Source of the DNA: Myxococcota bacterium
Lineage (GTDB): Bacteria; Myxococcota_A; Polyangia; Polyangiales; Sandaracinaceae
Reading direction: 5' to 3'
Length of the DNA stretch: 64,000 nt
NCBI GenBank assembly: GCA_036149055.1
Contig: JAYZQJ010000097.1
Coordinates: forward strand, 17,456-81,455
How positions within the stretch are numbered: position 1 is the first letter of the stretch; the number at the start of each line of letters is the position of its first letter. Below the pieces are notes generated by a model. That model had not been told where the DNA came from and made no database searches. It saw nothing but the letters and a program-made list of their open reading frames with translations. Below, in pieces: positions 29,526 to 39,853 of the stretch. The translations under genes were made by a program, and so were the position numbers.

Positions 29526-30443
29526 TCAGGGCAGCGCCGACAGGAAGCCCCAGAACGCGGGGGCCGTGAAGCCGTCCTGGCGCGCGTGGCCCATGCCCGA
29601 CGTCTCGCACCAGACGACCGGGTCGCCGCAACCCTCGTAGGCGACGCAGGGCGCGGGCTCGGTCGGGGTCGTCCCGTCGCCGCAGCCGTTGCGGGCGAGG
29701 TGCGCGTCGCGGGCGCCCTCGCTGGCGGCGATGCCGACCGTGCCGTCGTCCCGGTCGTGCACGAGCATCGCGCCGACGGTGCCCGCGCAGTCCCGGCCGC
29801 CCTGCGCGCCGCCGATGGTGGCCACGCCGCGGAGCACGTCGCCTCGCGTGCAGGCGAGGCGGTGCGACATGAAGCCGCCGCTCGAGTAGCCGGTGGCGAA
29901 GCGGCGCTCGGGGTCGGCGCAGAAGCGCGCCTCGACCTCGGCCACCATCGCGTCGAAGAACGCGACGTCCGGCCCATCGGCGCTCGTGTCCCAGCAGCGG
30001 TTCACCGCGCGGCCGCGGACGTGGATGGCGTCGCCGCCGCTCTCTCGCTCGACCGGGACGTTGTTGCGCTCCCGCTCGGCGCGGTCGGAGCAGCCGTGGA
30101 ACTGGTAGACGACCGGGTAGGCGCGCGCCGGGTCGTAGCCCTCCGGGAGCCAGATGAACCAGTCCCGGGTCGCGCCGCCCACGTCGAGGGTCTGCGCGGC
30201 CCACTCTCCCGCGGCGAGCTCCGGCGCGCGCCCGCAGCCCCCGCTCGGCGGCCCGGCGTCCGGCAACACGCCCCCGTCCTCCGGCGGGGCAGCGTCGGGC
30301 GCGCCTCCGTCCTCGGGCGGCGCGGCGTCGGGACGGAAGCCACCGTCATCGACCACCGCGGCGTCGTCGCTCGGCGCGTCGGCGTCGCAGCCGACGACCA
30401 GCCAGAGGGCGAAGAGCAGTGACGTCGGTCGAAGCGCGCGCAC
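29526..30443 (-). CDS. PHB depolymerase/CE1-like serine esterase, lipoprotein
   Basis: Lipobox VVGC; LPEGYDP..AYPVV..FHG, DVAFFDAM, ATGYSSGG, HDRDDGTV and GMGH. Confidence 0.85.
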   Translation of the reverse strand: MRALRPTSLLFALWLVVGCDADAPSDDAAVVDDGGFRPDAAPPEDGGAPDAAPPEDGGVLPDAGPPSGGCGRAPELAAGEWAAQTLDVGGATRDWFIWLPEGYDPARAYPVVYQFHGCSDRAERERNNVPVERESGGDAIHVRGRAVNRCWDTSADGPDVAFFDAMVAEVEARFCADPERRFATGYSSGGFMSHRLACTRGDVLRGVATIGGAQGGRDCAGTVGAMLVHDRDDGTVGIAASEGARDAHLARNGCGDGTTPTEPAPCVAYEGCGDPVVWCETSGMGHARQDGFTAPAFWGFLSALP

Positions 30444-30531
30444 GACCTACTCTCTCACGGATCGGCGGGGCCGGTCGATCGAACGCGAGGGCTCGACAGG
30501 CGGGGGGCTCGGGGCCTAGGTCCGAGCGGAG

Positions 30532-31503
30532 ATGGATTGGGTCTTCGTCGTGTTCGGGCTCGGGCTGCTCGCGCTGGGAGGCGAGGGGCTCGTCCGCGGA
30601 GCCTCGGGCATCGCGCTCGCCGCCCGGGTGACGCCCGCGGTGGTCGGGCTGACCATCGTGGCCGGCGGCACGTCGATGCCCGAGCTGGTCGTCTCGGTGC
30701 AGTCGGCGCTCGGCGGCAACAGCGGCCTGGCGGTCGGGAACGTGGTTGGCTCCAACCTCTTCAACGTCGGCGCGATCCTCGGGATCGCGGCGCTGGTGCG
30801 CCCGCTGGGCGTGACCGGGAGCACGGTGCGGATGGAGTGGCCGGTGATGTTCCTGGCCACCCTGCAGCTCTATCTGCTCGCCCGGGACGGCACGGTGGAC
30901 CGGGTCGAGGGGGCGTTCCTCCTGGCGGCGCTGGTCACCTTCACCGCCTACGCCATCTGGCTGGGACGCGCGACCAGCGCGACCGAGGAGGGAGAGGGCT
31001 TCGCCGAGACCGTCACCGCCTCCTTCGGCACGACCGGCGCGCGCGCGCTCGCGCTCAACCTGCTGGCGGTCGCCGTCGGGGTTGGGCTGCTCGCGGGAGG
31101 CTCGACGCTCCTGGTGAGCGGGGCGGTGGGCATCGCCTCCTCCCTGGGCGTGTCCGACACGGTGATCGGCCTGACGGTGGTGGCCGCGGGGACGAGCACG
31201 CCGGAGCTCGTGACCTCGCTGGTCGCGGCCCGGCGCGGCCAGGACGACATCGCGGTCGCCAACGTCATCGGCTCGTGCATCTTCAATATCCTCGGCATCG
31301 CGAGCCTCACCGCGCTCGCGCAGCCGCTCACCGTCGCCGCCGAGATCCTGTCGAGGGACATCTGGTGGATGATCGGCGGAGCGGCGGTGCTCTTCCCCAT
31401 GATCTTCACCGACCGACGGGTCACCCGGCTGGAGGGCGCCGTGCTCCTGGCGGGGTTCGCGGTCTACCTGGCGCTGGTCGTGCTCGACGCAGTCAGACCT
31501 TGA
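30532..31503 (+). CDS. yrbG: Calcium/sodium antiporter (CaCA family)
   Basis: Two alpha repeats: GLTIVAGGTSMPE...GNVVGSN and GLTVVAAGTSTPE...ANVIGS. Confidence 0.95.
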   Translation: MDWVFVVFGLGLLALGGEGLVRGASGIALAARVTPAVVGLTIVAGGTSMPELVVSVQSALGGNSGLAVGNVVGSNLFNVGAILGIAALVRPLGVTGSTVRMEWPVMFLATLQLYLLARDGTVDRVEGAFLLAALVTFTAYAIWLGRATSATEEGEGFAETVTASFGTTGARALALNLLAVAVGVGLLAGGSTLLVSGAVGIASSLGVSDTVIGLTVVAAGTSTPELVTSLVAARRGQDDIAVANVIGSCIFNILGIASLTALAQPLTVAAEILSRDIWWMIGGAAVLFPMIFTDRRVTRLEGAVLLAGFAVYLALVVLDAVRP

Positions 31504-31939
31504 GCAGGCCCGCGCCGTCGAGCGCGGCCAGCACGTCGGCCTTGGCGTGGGCGGGGTCCGACTCGAGGTCGAGGACCTCCTCCACCGAGGTCCACACCTT
31601 GATCCGGTCGGTGTGGTCGACGCGCAGCGTGCGCCCGAGGGTGACGATCGAGCGGAGCGCGGTGCGCTGCAGGCTCGTGGTGACGCCATCTCCGAGCACC
31701 ACCACATGCACGTTCGTCGCGAGCTCGGTCACCGCGAGGAACGTCTCCCGCAGCGACCGCAGCGTCCCGGCGCTCGGCTCCCGATAGTCCGGCCCCTGGA
31801 GCGCCACGTAGACCACCGGGCGCCCGACCTCGTCACGCAGCTTGCGGACCTCTTTCACCACGCGCGGACCGTCCTCCACCTCCATCCGGGTCCAGCGGAT
31901 GAAGTAGTACGGCCCGACGGTCAGCGTTCGTCCCGGCAT
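31493..31939 (-). CDS. Hypothetical protein, possibly STAS/SEC14-like fold
   Basis: Alpha/beta pattern ending IKVWTSVEEVL; host-like GC3. Confidence 0.6.
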   Translation of the reverse strand: MPGRTLTVGPYYFIRWTRMEVEDGPRVVKEVRKLRDEVGRPVVYVALQGPDYREPSAGTLRSLRETFLAVTELATNVHVVVLGDGVTTSLQRTALRSIVTLGRTLRVDHTDRIKVWTSVEEVLDLESDPAHAKADVLAALDGAGLLKV

Positions 31940-32119
31940 GCCCCTCCGCGCGGAGGGTACTACGCGGCGCCGTGACGCGTCGGGCGCTGGTGAAGATTGT
32001 CGCGAAACCCTGCATCGGGGCGAGACGGATCGCCTCGGCCGTGACGTTCGCCCTCGCGTGGATCACCCCCGAGACGGGCCGCCGGCCGCGGCACGTCCGT
32101 TGCTGTCCTCACGTCCTCG

Positions 32120-33303
32120 ATGCTGAGATGTCTGCCGAACGGAACGAGGTTGGCGCAGTACGAGGTGAACGAGATGCTCGGTCAGGGGGGGATGGGTCAC
32201 GTGTACGCGGCGACCGACACGCTCCTCGACCGACCGGTGGCGCTGAAGGTCCTCCGAGGCGGTGACCGGCAGACGCTGCTGGACGAGGGGCGCGCCCTGG
32301 CCGCGATCGAGCACGCCGGGGTCGTGCGGGTCTACGGCATCGACGTGTCCGGCGACCAGCCCTTCGTGGTCATGGAGCGCATCCGCGGCGAGTCGCTCGC
32401 CGACCGGCTCGAGCGCGAGGGCGCCCTGCCGCACGACGAGACGCTCCGGATCCTCGAGGGCGTCGCCGCGGGGCTCGACGCGATCCACCGCGCGGGGCGG
32501 ATTCACGGGGACGTGAAGCCGGCCAACATCCTGCTCGAGGAGGGCACCGGCCGCGTCGTGCTCACCGACCTCGGGCTCTCGCGGGTCATCGCCCACACCG
32601 AGCGCCTGCGCGGCGGCACGCCGGAGTACCTGGCCCCCGAGCGCGCGCGCCGCGCCCCGATGCGGCCCGCGCTCCTGCCGCGCGAGGACGTCTACTCGCT
32701 GGCGGTGGTCGCCTACGAGATGCTCACCGGCGACGTGCCCTTCGACGCGCAGGACAGCCAGGAGGTGCTGCGGCTCCAGGCGGTCGCGCGCCCTCCCCGG
32801 CCGAGCCGGGCCCGCCCGAGCCTCACCTGGCGCATCGACCGCGCGGTGCTGCACGGGCTCGAGAAGTCGCCCGTCGATCGTCCGGCCACCGCGCCCGGCT
32901 TCGTCGACGCGCTGCGGCGCGCGGTGCGCGACGCCGACCAGCCGGCCGATCTGCTCGTGGCCGACGACGACCGCGGCCTGCTCGAGCTGATGGCGAGGCA
33001 GCTCGCCCGGCGCCTCCGGTGCACCGTGCGCACCGCGGCGTGCGGGGAGACCGCCTTCGAGTCCGCCGCCCGCCGGACGCCGTGGTCGTGGACCTCGAGA
33101 TGCCCGGCATGAACGGCGTCGAGGTGGTGGCGGCGCTCCGGGAGCGTCCGGGCCTCGAGGGCGTGCCGTTCGTGGTCGTCAGCGGGCGGGCGACGGCCGC
33201 GGACTGGAAGCTCCTCCGCCGCCTCGGCGCGGTGCGCTTCTTCCAGAAGCCGCTCGACGTCGAGGGCCTCTCCGCGTTCCTCCGCGGCGCGCTCTACTTG
33301 TGA
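32120..33303 (+). pseudogene. Ser/Thr kinase fused to a response-regulator receiver domain, frameshifted at ~33073-33080 (pseudogene or assembly error)
   Basis: Kinase motifs LGQGGMG, VALK, HGDVKPAN, TDLG and GTPEYLAPE; receiver starts LLVADDD in one frame and continues PDAVVVDLEMPGMNG...FQKP in another. Confidence 0.8.
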
Positions 33304-33307
33304 GGCG

Positions 33308-35041
33308 TCAGGCGCGGGCGAGCGCGCGCCTCAGGTCGCGGGGGCTCACCGGCTTCACGAGGTGACCGTCGAAGCCGGCCTCCAGGGCGCGGCGTCGGTC
33401 GCTCTCCTGCCCCCAGCCGGTCACCGCGATGAGGGTCGGGCAGCGTGGGCCCAGCGCGGCGCGCACGCGGCGGGCGAGCTCGTAGCCCTCCATGTCGGGG
33501 AGGCCGATGTCGACCAGCGCGACGTCGCAGCGCCAGTCGGTGAGCAGCGCCACGCCGCCCGCCCCGTCCTCGGCGTCCTCGACCTCGTGACCCCAGCGCG
33601 CGAGCAGGAGCGCCACCATCTCGCGGAGGTCCTCCTGGTCTTCGACCACCGCGACCCGCAGCGGACCCGACGAGGGCTCGGCGGCCTCGGGGACGGGCTC
33701 CGGTGACGCCGCCGCGGAGGCTTCGATCGGCAGCTCGAGCCGGAAGGTCGAGCCCCGCCCCGCGCCCTCGCTGTGCGCGGCGACCCGGCCTCCGTGCAGC
33801 TCGATCAGCTGCCGAGCGAGGTGCAGCCCGAGGCCGAGGCCGCCCTGGCCGACGCGCTCCTGCACGAACGCGTCGAAGATCGTGCCCAGCATCTTCGGCT
33901 CGATGCCGCGCCCGTCGTCCTCGACGACGACCTCGGCGGTCTCGCCGTCGGCCTTCACCGTCAGCGTCACGTGGCCGCCCGGCGCGGTGTAGCGGGCCGC
34001 GTTGTTGAGCAGGTTCGAGATCACCTGCGCGAGCCGCACCGCGTCGCCGCGGAGGGGGACCGGCGCCTCGGGCAGGTCCACCTTCAGGGTGTGCTCGCGC
34101 TCGTCGATCCGGGCGCGGCTGAGCTCGATGGCCCGCGCCACCGCCTCGCGCAGGTCGAAGTCGGCGCGCCGGAGCTCGATCTTGCCGGACGTGACCCGCG
34201 AGACGTCGAGCAGGTCGTCGACCAGCCGCTGCACGTGCGCGAGCTGCCGCTCGATGCGCTGCCAGATCTCGGTCAGCTCCGGATCGTCGCGGTCCTGCAG
34301 CAGCCCGACCGCGTAGGACAGCGGGGCCAGCGGGTTGCGGAGCTCGTGGGCGAGCGTGGCCAGGAACTGGTCCTTGCGCCGGTCCGACTCGGCGAGCCGG
34401 GCGTGGGTCCGCTTGAGCTCGCGCTGGGCGGCCGAGCGCTCGGCGATGGTGCAGGCGAGCTCGGTGGCGCGCGCGGCCATCGCCCGGGCGAGCTCGCGCT
34501 GCTCGGCCATCTGCCCCTCGAGCCGCTCGCGCTCCCACCGCGCGCGCTCCTCGGCCAGGTGGCGCTCGGCGGCGGCGCGCTCGTGCGCCTGGATGGCGGC
34601 CGCCTGCCGCTTCATGGCCTCGGTCCGCTCGAAGAGCTCGACGAAGACCCGCACCTTCGACCGCAGCACCGACGGCTGCAGCGGCTTGAACAGGAAGTCG
34701 ACCGCGCCGAGCGCGTAGCCCCGCAGCACCCGCTCGTCGCTCTGGTCGTAGGCGGTGGCGAAGATGATCGGCAGGTGCGCGGTGCGCGGGCGCTGCCGGA
34801 TCAGCCGCGCCGTCTCGAAGCCGTCGAGCCCCGGCATCTGCACGTCGAGGATCACGACCGCGAACTGCCCGCTCAGCAGCTGCTTCAGCGCCTCCTCCCC
34901 CGAGCCCACCTTCAGGAGCCGGTGACCGAGGTCGCCGAGGGCCGCCTCGATGGCGAGGAGGTTCGCCGGCTCGTCGTCCACCACGAGGATGGACGACGCC
35001 GGAGCACCGTCGCCGGGCGCTTCGTGGGTGGGGGAGATCAC
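33308..35041 (-). CDS. Hybrid sensor histidine kinase (REC-HisKA-HATPase-REC)
   Basis: ILVVDDE..LDVQMPGLDG; LAHELRNPL; NLLNNA, DDGRGI and GLGLGL; VVEDQ..VDIGLP..KP; start uncertain (ORF open to 35131). Confidence 0.92.
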   Translation of the reverse strand: MISPTHEAPGDGAPASSILVVDDEPANLLAIEAALGDLGHRLLKVGSGEEALKQLLSGQFAVVILDVQMPGLDGFETARLIRQRPRTAHLPIIFATAYDQSDERVLRGYALGAVDFLFKPLQPSVLRSKVRVFVELFERTEAMKRQAAAIQAHERAAAERHLAEERARWERERLEGQMAEQRELARAMAARATELACTIAERSAAQRELKRTHARLAESDRRKDQFLATLAHELRNPLAPLSYAVGLLQDRDDPELTEIWQRIERQLAHVQRLVDDLLDVSRVTSGKIELRRADFDLREAVARAIELSRARIDEREHTLKVDLPEAPVPLRGDAVRLAQVISNLLNNAARYTAPGGHVTLTVKADGETAEVVVEDDGRGIEPKMLGTIFDAFVQERVGQGGLGLGLHLARQLIELHGGRVAAHSEGAGRGSTFRLELPIEASAAASPEPVPEAAEPSSGPLRVAVVEDQEDLREMVALLLARWGHEVEDAEDGAGGVALLTDWRCDVALVDIGLPDMEGYELARRVRAALGPRCPTLIAVTGWGQESDRRRALEAGFDGHLVKPVSPRDLRRALARA

Positions 35042-35169
35042 GCGGGGGCAGAGGGGTTCGATAGGCGCCCACGGCGGCCACCACAAGACCGTCGAGTGGC
35101 GCGGGAGGCCTCCACCGAGTAAGGAGCCCACCTCACTCCGGACACGAAACGGCCGCGCCTGGACCCTCG

Positions 35170-36243
35170 ATGAAGTCGTCGGACGAGCCTCTGGAGCTGA
35201 CGCCCGGAGCGACCCTCGAAGGTCGCTACCGGGTCCACGGGCTGCTCGGGCAAGGCGGCATGGGCCGGGTCTGGGACGCGACCCACCTGAGCCTCGATCG
35301 GCCGGTCGTCGTCAAGACGCTGCGCGGCCAGGCGGCCCGGAGCGAGGTCGCGGTGAAGCGGTTCCTGCGCGAGGCGCGGTCGGCGGCGGAGCTCGACCAC
35401 GAGGGCGTCGTGCGCGTCCTCGACGTCGGCCGACTGCCGGACGCGTCGCCCTACTTCGTGATGGAGAAGCTCGAGGGGCAGACGCTCGCCGAGGCGCTCG
35501 CGCGGCGCGGCCCGTTCTCGCTGGAGGAGGCGTGCGAGTGGCTCACCCCGGTGGCCAGCGCGCTCGACGTGGCCCACGCGGCGGGCGTCATCCATCGCGA
35601 CGTGAAGCCGGCCAACGTGTTCCGGGCGCAGACCGCCGGGGGCGCGACCTCCAAGCTCCTCGACTTCGGCGTCGCCGCGCTCCGGGACGACGCCGGGGGC
35701 GACCGTGCCACTCGCCTCACCGCGCTCGGCGCGCTGGTGGGCACGCCGCACTACATGGCGCCGGAGTGCGCGGAGGGCGACCGAGGCGGCCCGGGCAGCG
35801 ACGTCTACGGGCTGGCCTGCGTGGCGTTCAAGATGCTCACCGGCCGCGTCCCCCACCAGGCGGACACGACGATGGGCGTGCTCATGGCGAAGATCTACGA
35901 GTCCGCGCCGAGCCTCTCCGAGCGCGGCCGCGACCAGGCGTTCCCGGCCTCGGTGGAGGCGCTCTTCGCCGACGCGCTCGCCCGCGACCCGGCGCGCCGC
36001 CCGCGGACCGCGACCGAATTCGTCGAGCGCCTCCGCGAGGCGTCGAAGGATCCGAAGGCGGGCACCGTCACCGTGCCCCCCGCGCGCCGCGTCCCGAGCA
36101 CCGACGAGCTCCCCTCGGTGCGCCCGCCGCCCCTCGCCCCCGCTCCGTCCGCGCCCTCCCCGCGCCGCGGCGACCTCCTCTGGTTCGCCCTCGCCAGCCT
36201 CGCCCTCACCGCCCTCCTCGCGGCCGGCTGCCTCTGGCTCTAG
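35170..36243 (+). CDS. Ser/Thr protein kinase with C-terminal TM helix
   Basis: LGQGGMG, VVVK, HRDVKPAN, DFG and GTPHYMAPE. Confidence 0.94.
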   Translation: MKSSDEPLELTPGATLEGRYRVHGLLGQGGMGRVWDATHLSLDRPVVVKTLRGQAARSEVAVKRFLREARSAAELDHEGVVRVLDVGRLPDASPYFVMEKLEGQTLAEALARRGPFSLEEACEWLTPVASALDVAHAAGVIHRDVKPANVFRAQTAGGATSKLLDFGVAALRDDAGGDRATRLTALGALVGTPHYMAPECAEGDRGGPGSDVYGLACVAFKMLTGRVPHQADTTMGVLMAKIYESAPSLSERGRDQAFPASVEALFADALARDPARRPRTATEFVERLREASKDPKAGTVTVPPARRVPSTDELPSVRPPPLAPAPSAPSPRRGDLLWFALASLALTALLAAGCLWL

Positions 36244-36304
36244 AGGTCTCGAATGAGCAGGAGTGCTCATGGTCCAGCCCGGCGCGCTCTCCTAGGGTCG
36301 ACGC

Positions 36305-37282
36305 ATGGGGACGAATCGACGAGCTGGGGGGCTGGCGCTGGCGGCGGCGCTCCTCGTGGGCTGCGACGGCGGGGTCGTCGTGAGCGAGGGGGAGCGGCAG
36401 GCGCTCGCCGACTACGAGGAGGCCGCCGCCGACGGCGCGCGCGCGTTCGAGAGCCTGGGCGCGGCCACGGACGCGCTCGACGCGCAGCTCGAGGCCGACG
36501 CCGACGACGCGGCGATCGACGCGGCGATCGACGCGCTGGCGACCGAGGTGGCGGCCCTCGAGCGCGCGGTGCAGGACCTCGAAGAGGCGGAGCTGGAGCT
36601 GCGGCGGGCGAGCTACGGCGACGCGCCCGGGGTGCGGCGAGACGCGCTCGCGGGGGCGGTGCTCTACGTGGTCGGCGTCGCCGCGTTCGCGGTGACGATG
36701 CGCGCGCTCAGCGACCGAATGAGTCAGGCGCGGACGCGGCGGGATCAGGCGCTCGCGCGCGAGGACTTCACCGCCTACGAGCGCGAGCGCGCCGAGATGC
36801 GATCGCTCGGCGCGCAGGCGACCCAGCAGCTGGTGACCAAGGTCCTGCCCAACCCGGTCCGGCGCGCGGCGAGCCTGGTGCCCGGCGCCGAGCTGGTGAT
36901 CACCGCCCAGAGCGCGATCAGCGACGTGACGACCCTCGCCGCGACCGACGCGTGCCGCGTGGCCCCCGACGCGGACGAGTGTCGCTTCGGGGCGTCGACC
37001 GCCGACTCGGGCGCGGTGGTGGTGATCCCCGCCGGTGAGCTCCAGATCACGGTGACCGCCCCCGGCCTCGCCCGCACCGTGGTCGACGGAGTCGTGGTCG
37101 CGGAGGGGGAGCGCGTGACCCTCGAGGTCGACCTCCCGGCCCACGCCGATCTCCCCGGAGAGAACGACGGCGACATCCAGCACTGCTACGGCCACTTCGG
37201 CTGCTTCGACGGCACCTCCGACTGGCTGCCCACCGAGTGCGCGAGCGAGGGCGGCACCCCGATGCCAGGCCCCTGCCCTTAG
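36305..37282 (+). CDS. Hypothetical lipoprotein (helical N-domain, beta-rich C-domain, Cys-rich tail)
   Basis: Lipobox LVGC; TAGGGT-N6-ATG upstream. Confidence 0.72.
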   Translation: MGTNRRAGGLALAAALLVGCDGGVVVSEGERQALADYEEAAADGARAFESLGAATDALDAQLEADADDAAIDAAIDALATEVAALERAVQDLEEAELELRRASYGDAPGVRRDALAGAVLYVVGVAAFAVTMRALSDRMSQARTRRDQALAREDFTAYERERAEMRSLGAQATQQLVTKVLPNPVRRAASLVPGAELVITAQSAISDVTTLAATDACRVAPDADECRFGASTADSGAVVVIPAGELQITVTAPGLARTVVDGVVVAEGERVTLEVDLPAHADLPGENDGDIQHCYGHFGCFDGTSDWLPTECASEGGTPMPGPCP

Positions 37283-37285
37283 CGG

Positions 37286-37897
37286 CTAGAGCGGATCGAG
37301 GGCGCTTCGGTGGGCGAGCGCGAAGGCGAGCAGCGCTTGGGAGCCGCGCAGCCCGAGCTTGCGACACATGTTCGCGCGGTGGTTCTGGACGGTGCGAGTG
37401 CTGACGTGGAGCAGCTCGGCGATCTCCCGGCTGGTCCTGTGCTGCGAGACGAGCCGCAGCACCCGGCGCTCCGCGGGGGAGAGCGTCTCGACGGTCGGCG
37501 ACGCGCCGGCGTCCCCGAGCCCTGGGCTCGCGAAGGGGCGCCCGCTCGCGACCCGCTCCACGCACGCGACGATCTGCGTCGCCGCGTCCTCCTTGAGCAC
37601 GTAGCCGAGCGCGCCCAGCTCCCGCGCCCGGGCGGCGTACGCGTCGTGCATCGTCAGCACCACGAACGCGGGCGCCGACGGCCAGGTCCGAGCCTGCGCC
37701 AGCACCTCCAGCCCGTCGATCCCCGGCATCGACAGATCGATCACCGCCACGTCCGGCGCCCGCGCCTGGATCACCGCGATGGCCTCGTGGCCGTCGGTCG
37801 CCTCGCCGATCACCGCGAGGCCGCGGCCCTCGAGCGCGGCGCGCAGCCCCTGCCGAAACAGCGGGTGATCGTCGGCGATGACCACGCGCAGCGTCAT
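37286..37897 (-). CDS. NarL/LuxR-family response regulator
   Basis: VVIADDHPLFRQGL, IDLSMPGIDG and LSPAERRVL...TVQNHRANMCRKL; ATGA-coupled to the kinase. Confidence 0.95.
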   Translation of the reverse strand: MTLRVVIADDHPLFRQGLRAALEGRGLAVIGEATDGHEAIAVIQARAPDVAVIDLSMPGIDGLEVLAQARTWPSAPAFVVLTMHDAYAARARELGALGYVLKEDAATQIVACVERVASGRPFASPGLGDAGASPTVETLSPAERRVLRLVSQHRTSREIAELLHVSTRTVQNHRANMCRKLGLRGSQALLAFALAHRSALDPL

Positions 37898-39669
37898 CCT
37901 GCTTCCGAGTCTACTCGATCGGTTGGGCTGCTCGCGTGGAGCGCGAGCCGCACCCGCGTCCCGCCGCCTACGGACGCCTCGATTGTCAGCGTCGCGTCGA
38001 TGAGCCGCGCGCGCTCCCGCATGCTCACCCAGCCCAGGCCCTCCTCGACCTCCGCGGGATCGAAGCCACCTCCGTCGTCCTCGACACGCAGGACCACGCG
38101 CTCCTCCTCGCGCCTGAGCACGACCGTGATCCCGCTCGCCTCGGCGTGCCGCAGCGCGTTGCTGAGGGCCTCCTGCAGCACGCGGAAGATCGGCAGCCAG
38201 CCCTCCCGTGGCACCTGCGCGTCGACGTCCTGCACGACGACTTCCGGCTCGAGGCCCGCCGCCTCGATCGCGCGCTGCGCCGCGTTCCGGACCGCCTCGG
38301 CGAGCCCGAGGCGCTCGAGCTCGTGGGGGTGAAGGGCGTGGGACACGCGCCGCAGCTCGGCCACGCTGTCCCGGGCGAGGGCGCCGAGCGCCGGCTGCTC
38401 CCGGAGTCGACCGACCAGCACCTGAAGCACCTGACCGACCCCGTCGTGCAGATCGGCTGCGATGCGACGCCGCTCCTCCTCCTGGGCGCGCGCAGCCCGA
38501 CGCCGCTCGGCGAGCGCCGCTCGCTCGGCCCGCTCCTTGGCCGCGCGCAGCACCCGGATCCGCTCCGCGAGCGCGAACGAGAGGAACAACGCGTCGAGCG
38601 CGACGCCGACCTCGACCCCGTGCTCCGTCCACCAGCTCCGCCCGACCACGTCGTTGGCGCGGAGCGCGAGCGCCACGGTGCCCGGCCCCATCGACAGCAT
38701 GCCGAGCAGCAGATAGCGCGACGGCGTCCAGCCGCGGAGCGCGGTGAGGATCACCGGGACGGGCGCGAAGAGGATGACCGGGGGAGCGGCGACCGCGAGG
38801 ACGGTGACCACCGGCTCGTAGGCGAGCCAGCTGAGCGGCGCCATCGCGAGGTAGGCGAAGCCGATCGCGGCCACGACCCGGGCGAGGCGGGGAGCGGCCG
38901 TCCGCACCTCGGTCATCTCGTGCAGGAAGAGATAGGAGAAGCCGTAGGAGAGGGAGAGGAACGTCGGTCCGGCCACGTGCGCCCAGCCGGGGCCGTCCGG
39001 CCAGAGATACATCGGCCCGTGCCCCTCGAACGCGACGAAGAACCCCACGATCGACAGCTGGAAGGCGACGTAGAGCAGGTAGGCGCGCGACCGGACGAGG
39101 AAGAAGAGGAAGAGGTTGTAGAGCGCGAGCGCTAGCAGGACGCCGTAGAACAGCCCGAGCCAGAGCTGGCTGTCCGCGCGGTGGCGCTCGAACGCCGCCG
39201 CGCTCCACCAACGCAACGAGACCTGCACGCCTCCGGTGGAGCGCAGCCGCACGAAGACCGTGCGCTCGGCGTCGCTCGGGATGGGAAACGCGAACGTCGG
39301 GTGCCGGATCGGACGGGACGCGAAGGGCGCGCGGTCCCCGGTGCGGTGCGTGATCCATCGCCCGGCCCGGCGAACGTGAACGGACACCTCGTCGGTCTCG
39401 GGGAACGCGTGCTCGAGCACCAGCGCGCCCTCGGGCGACGGCTCGAGAGACGCCCTCAACCAGAACGCCGAGTCCGTCCGCCCCAGCGACCGGTGCCCCG
39501 CGGGCAGCGGCGCGAGCTGCGCCTCCGCCACCTCCTCGACCGTGAGCGCGCCCGACGGATCCTCGAGCACCCAGAGCCGCCCATCGAGGTCCCGCGGCCA
39601 CCCCTGCGCCTCCGCGCTCGCCGGCGCGACGACGAGCAAGAGCAGCCAAACGCCCCCTCGCACCCCCAT
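37894..39669 (-). CDS. 7TMR-DISM sensor histidine kinase (HisKA_3)
   Basis: LEDPSGALT..LGRTDSAFWLR extracellular domain; GLFYG...LYNLFLF 7TM region; ERRRIAADLHD, QEALSNALRH and DDGGGF. Confidence 0.92.
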   Translation of the reverse strand: MGVRGGVWLLLLVVAPASAEAQGWPRDLDGRLWVLEDPSGALTVEEVAEAQLAPLPAGHRSLGRTDSAFWLRASLEPSPEGALVLEHAFPETDEVSVHVRRAGRWITHRTGDRAPFASRPIRHPTFAFPIPSDAERTVFVRLRSTGGVQVSLRWWSAAAFERHRADSQLWLGLFYGVLLALALYNLFLFFLVRSRAYLLYVAFQLSIVGFFVAFEGHGPMYLWPDGPGWAHVAGPTFLSLSYGFSYLFLHEMTEVRTAAPRLARVVAAIGFAYLAMAPLSWLAYEPVVTVLAVAAPPVILFAPVPVILTALRGWTPSRYLLLGMLSMGPGTVALALRANDVVGRSWWTEHGVEVGVALDALFLSFALAERIRVLRAAKERAERAALAERRRAARAQEEERRRIAADLHDGVGQVLQVLVGRLREQPALGALARDSVAELRRVSHALHPHELERLGLAEAVRNAAQRAIEAAGLEPEVVVQDVDAQVPREGWLPIFRVLQEALSNALRHAEASGITVVLRREEERVVLRVEDDGGGFDPAEVEEGLGWVSMRERARLIDATLTIEASVGGGTRVRLALHASSPTDRVDSEAG

Positions 39670-39853
39670 GCGCCAGCTCTACCACGGCAGCCGCCGCGCC
39701 ACGCGCGAGTGTCCTGAACGCGCCCTCCAGGCGAGCCGCTAGCACCTGGCAATCACACGAGAAAAGCACGGCTGCGGTCGCGAGTGACGCGGACCGCCGC
39801 GAGCGCCCAAGCTGAGCGCGTCTCCGTGACGGAGAGGGAAGCGAGGCTGGACG

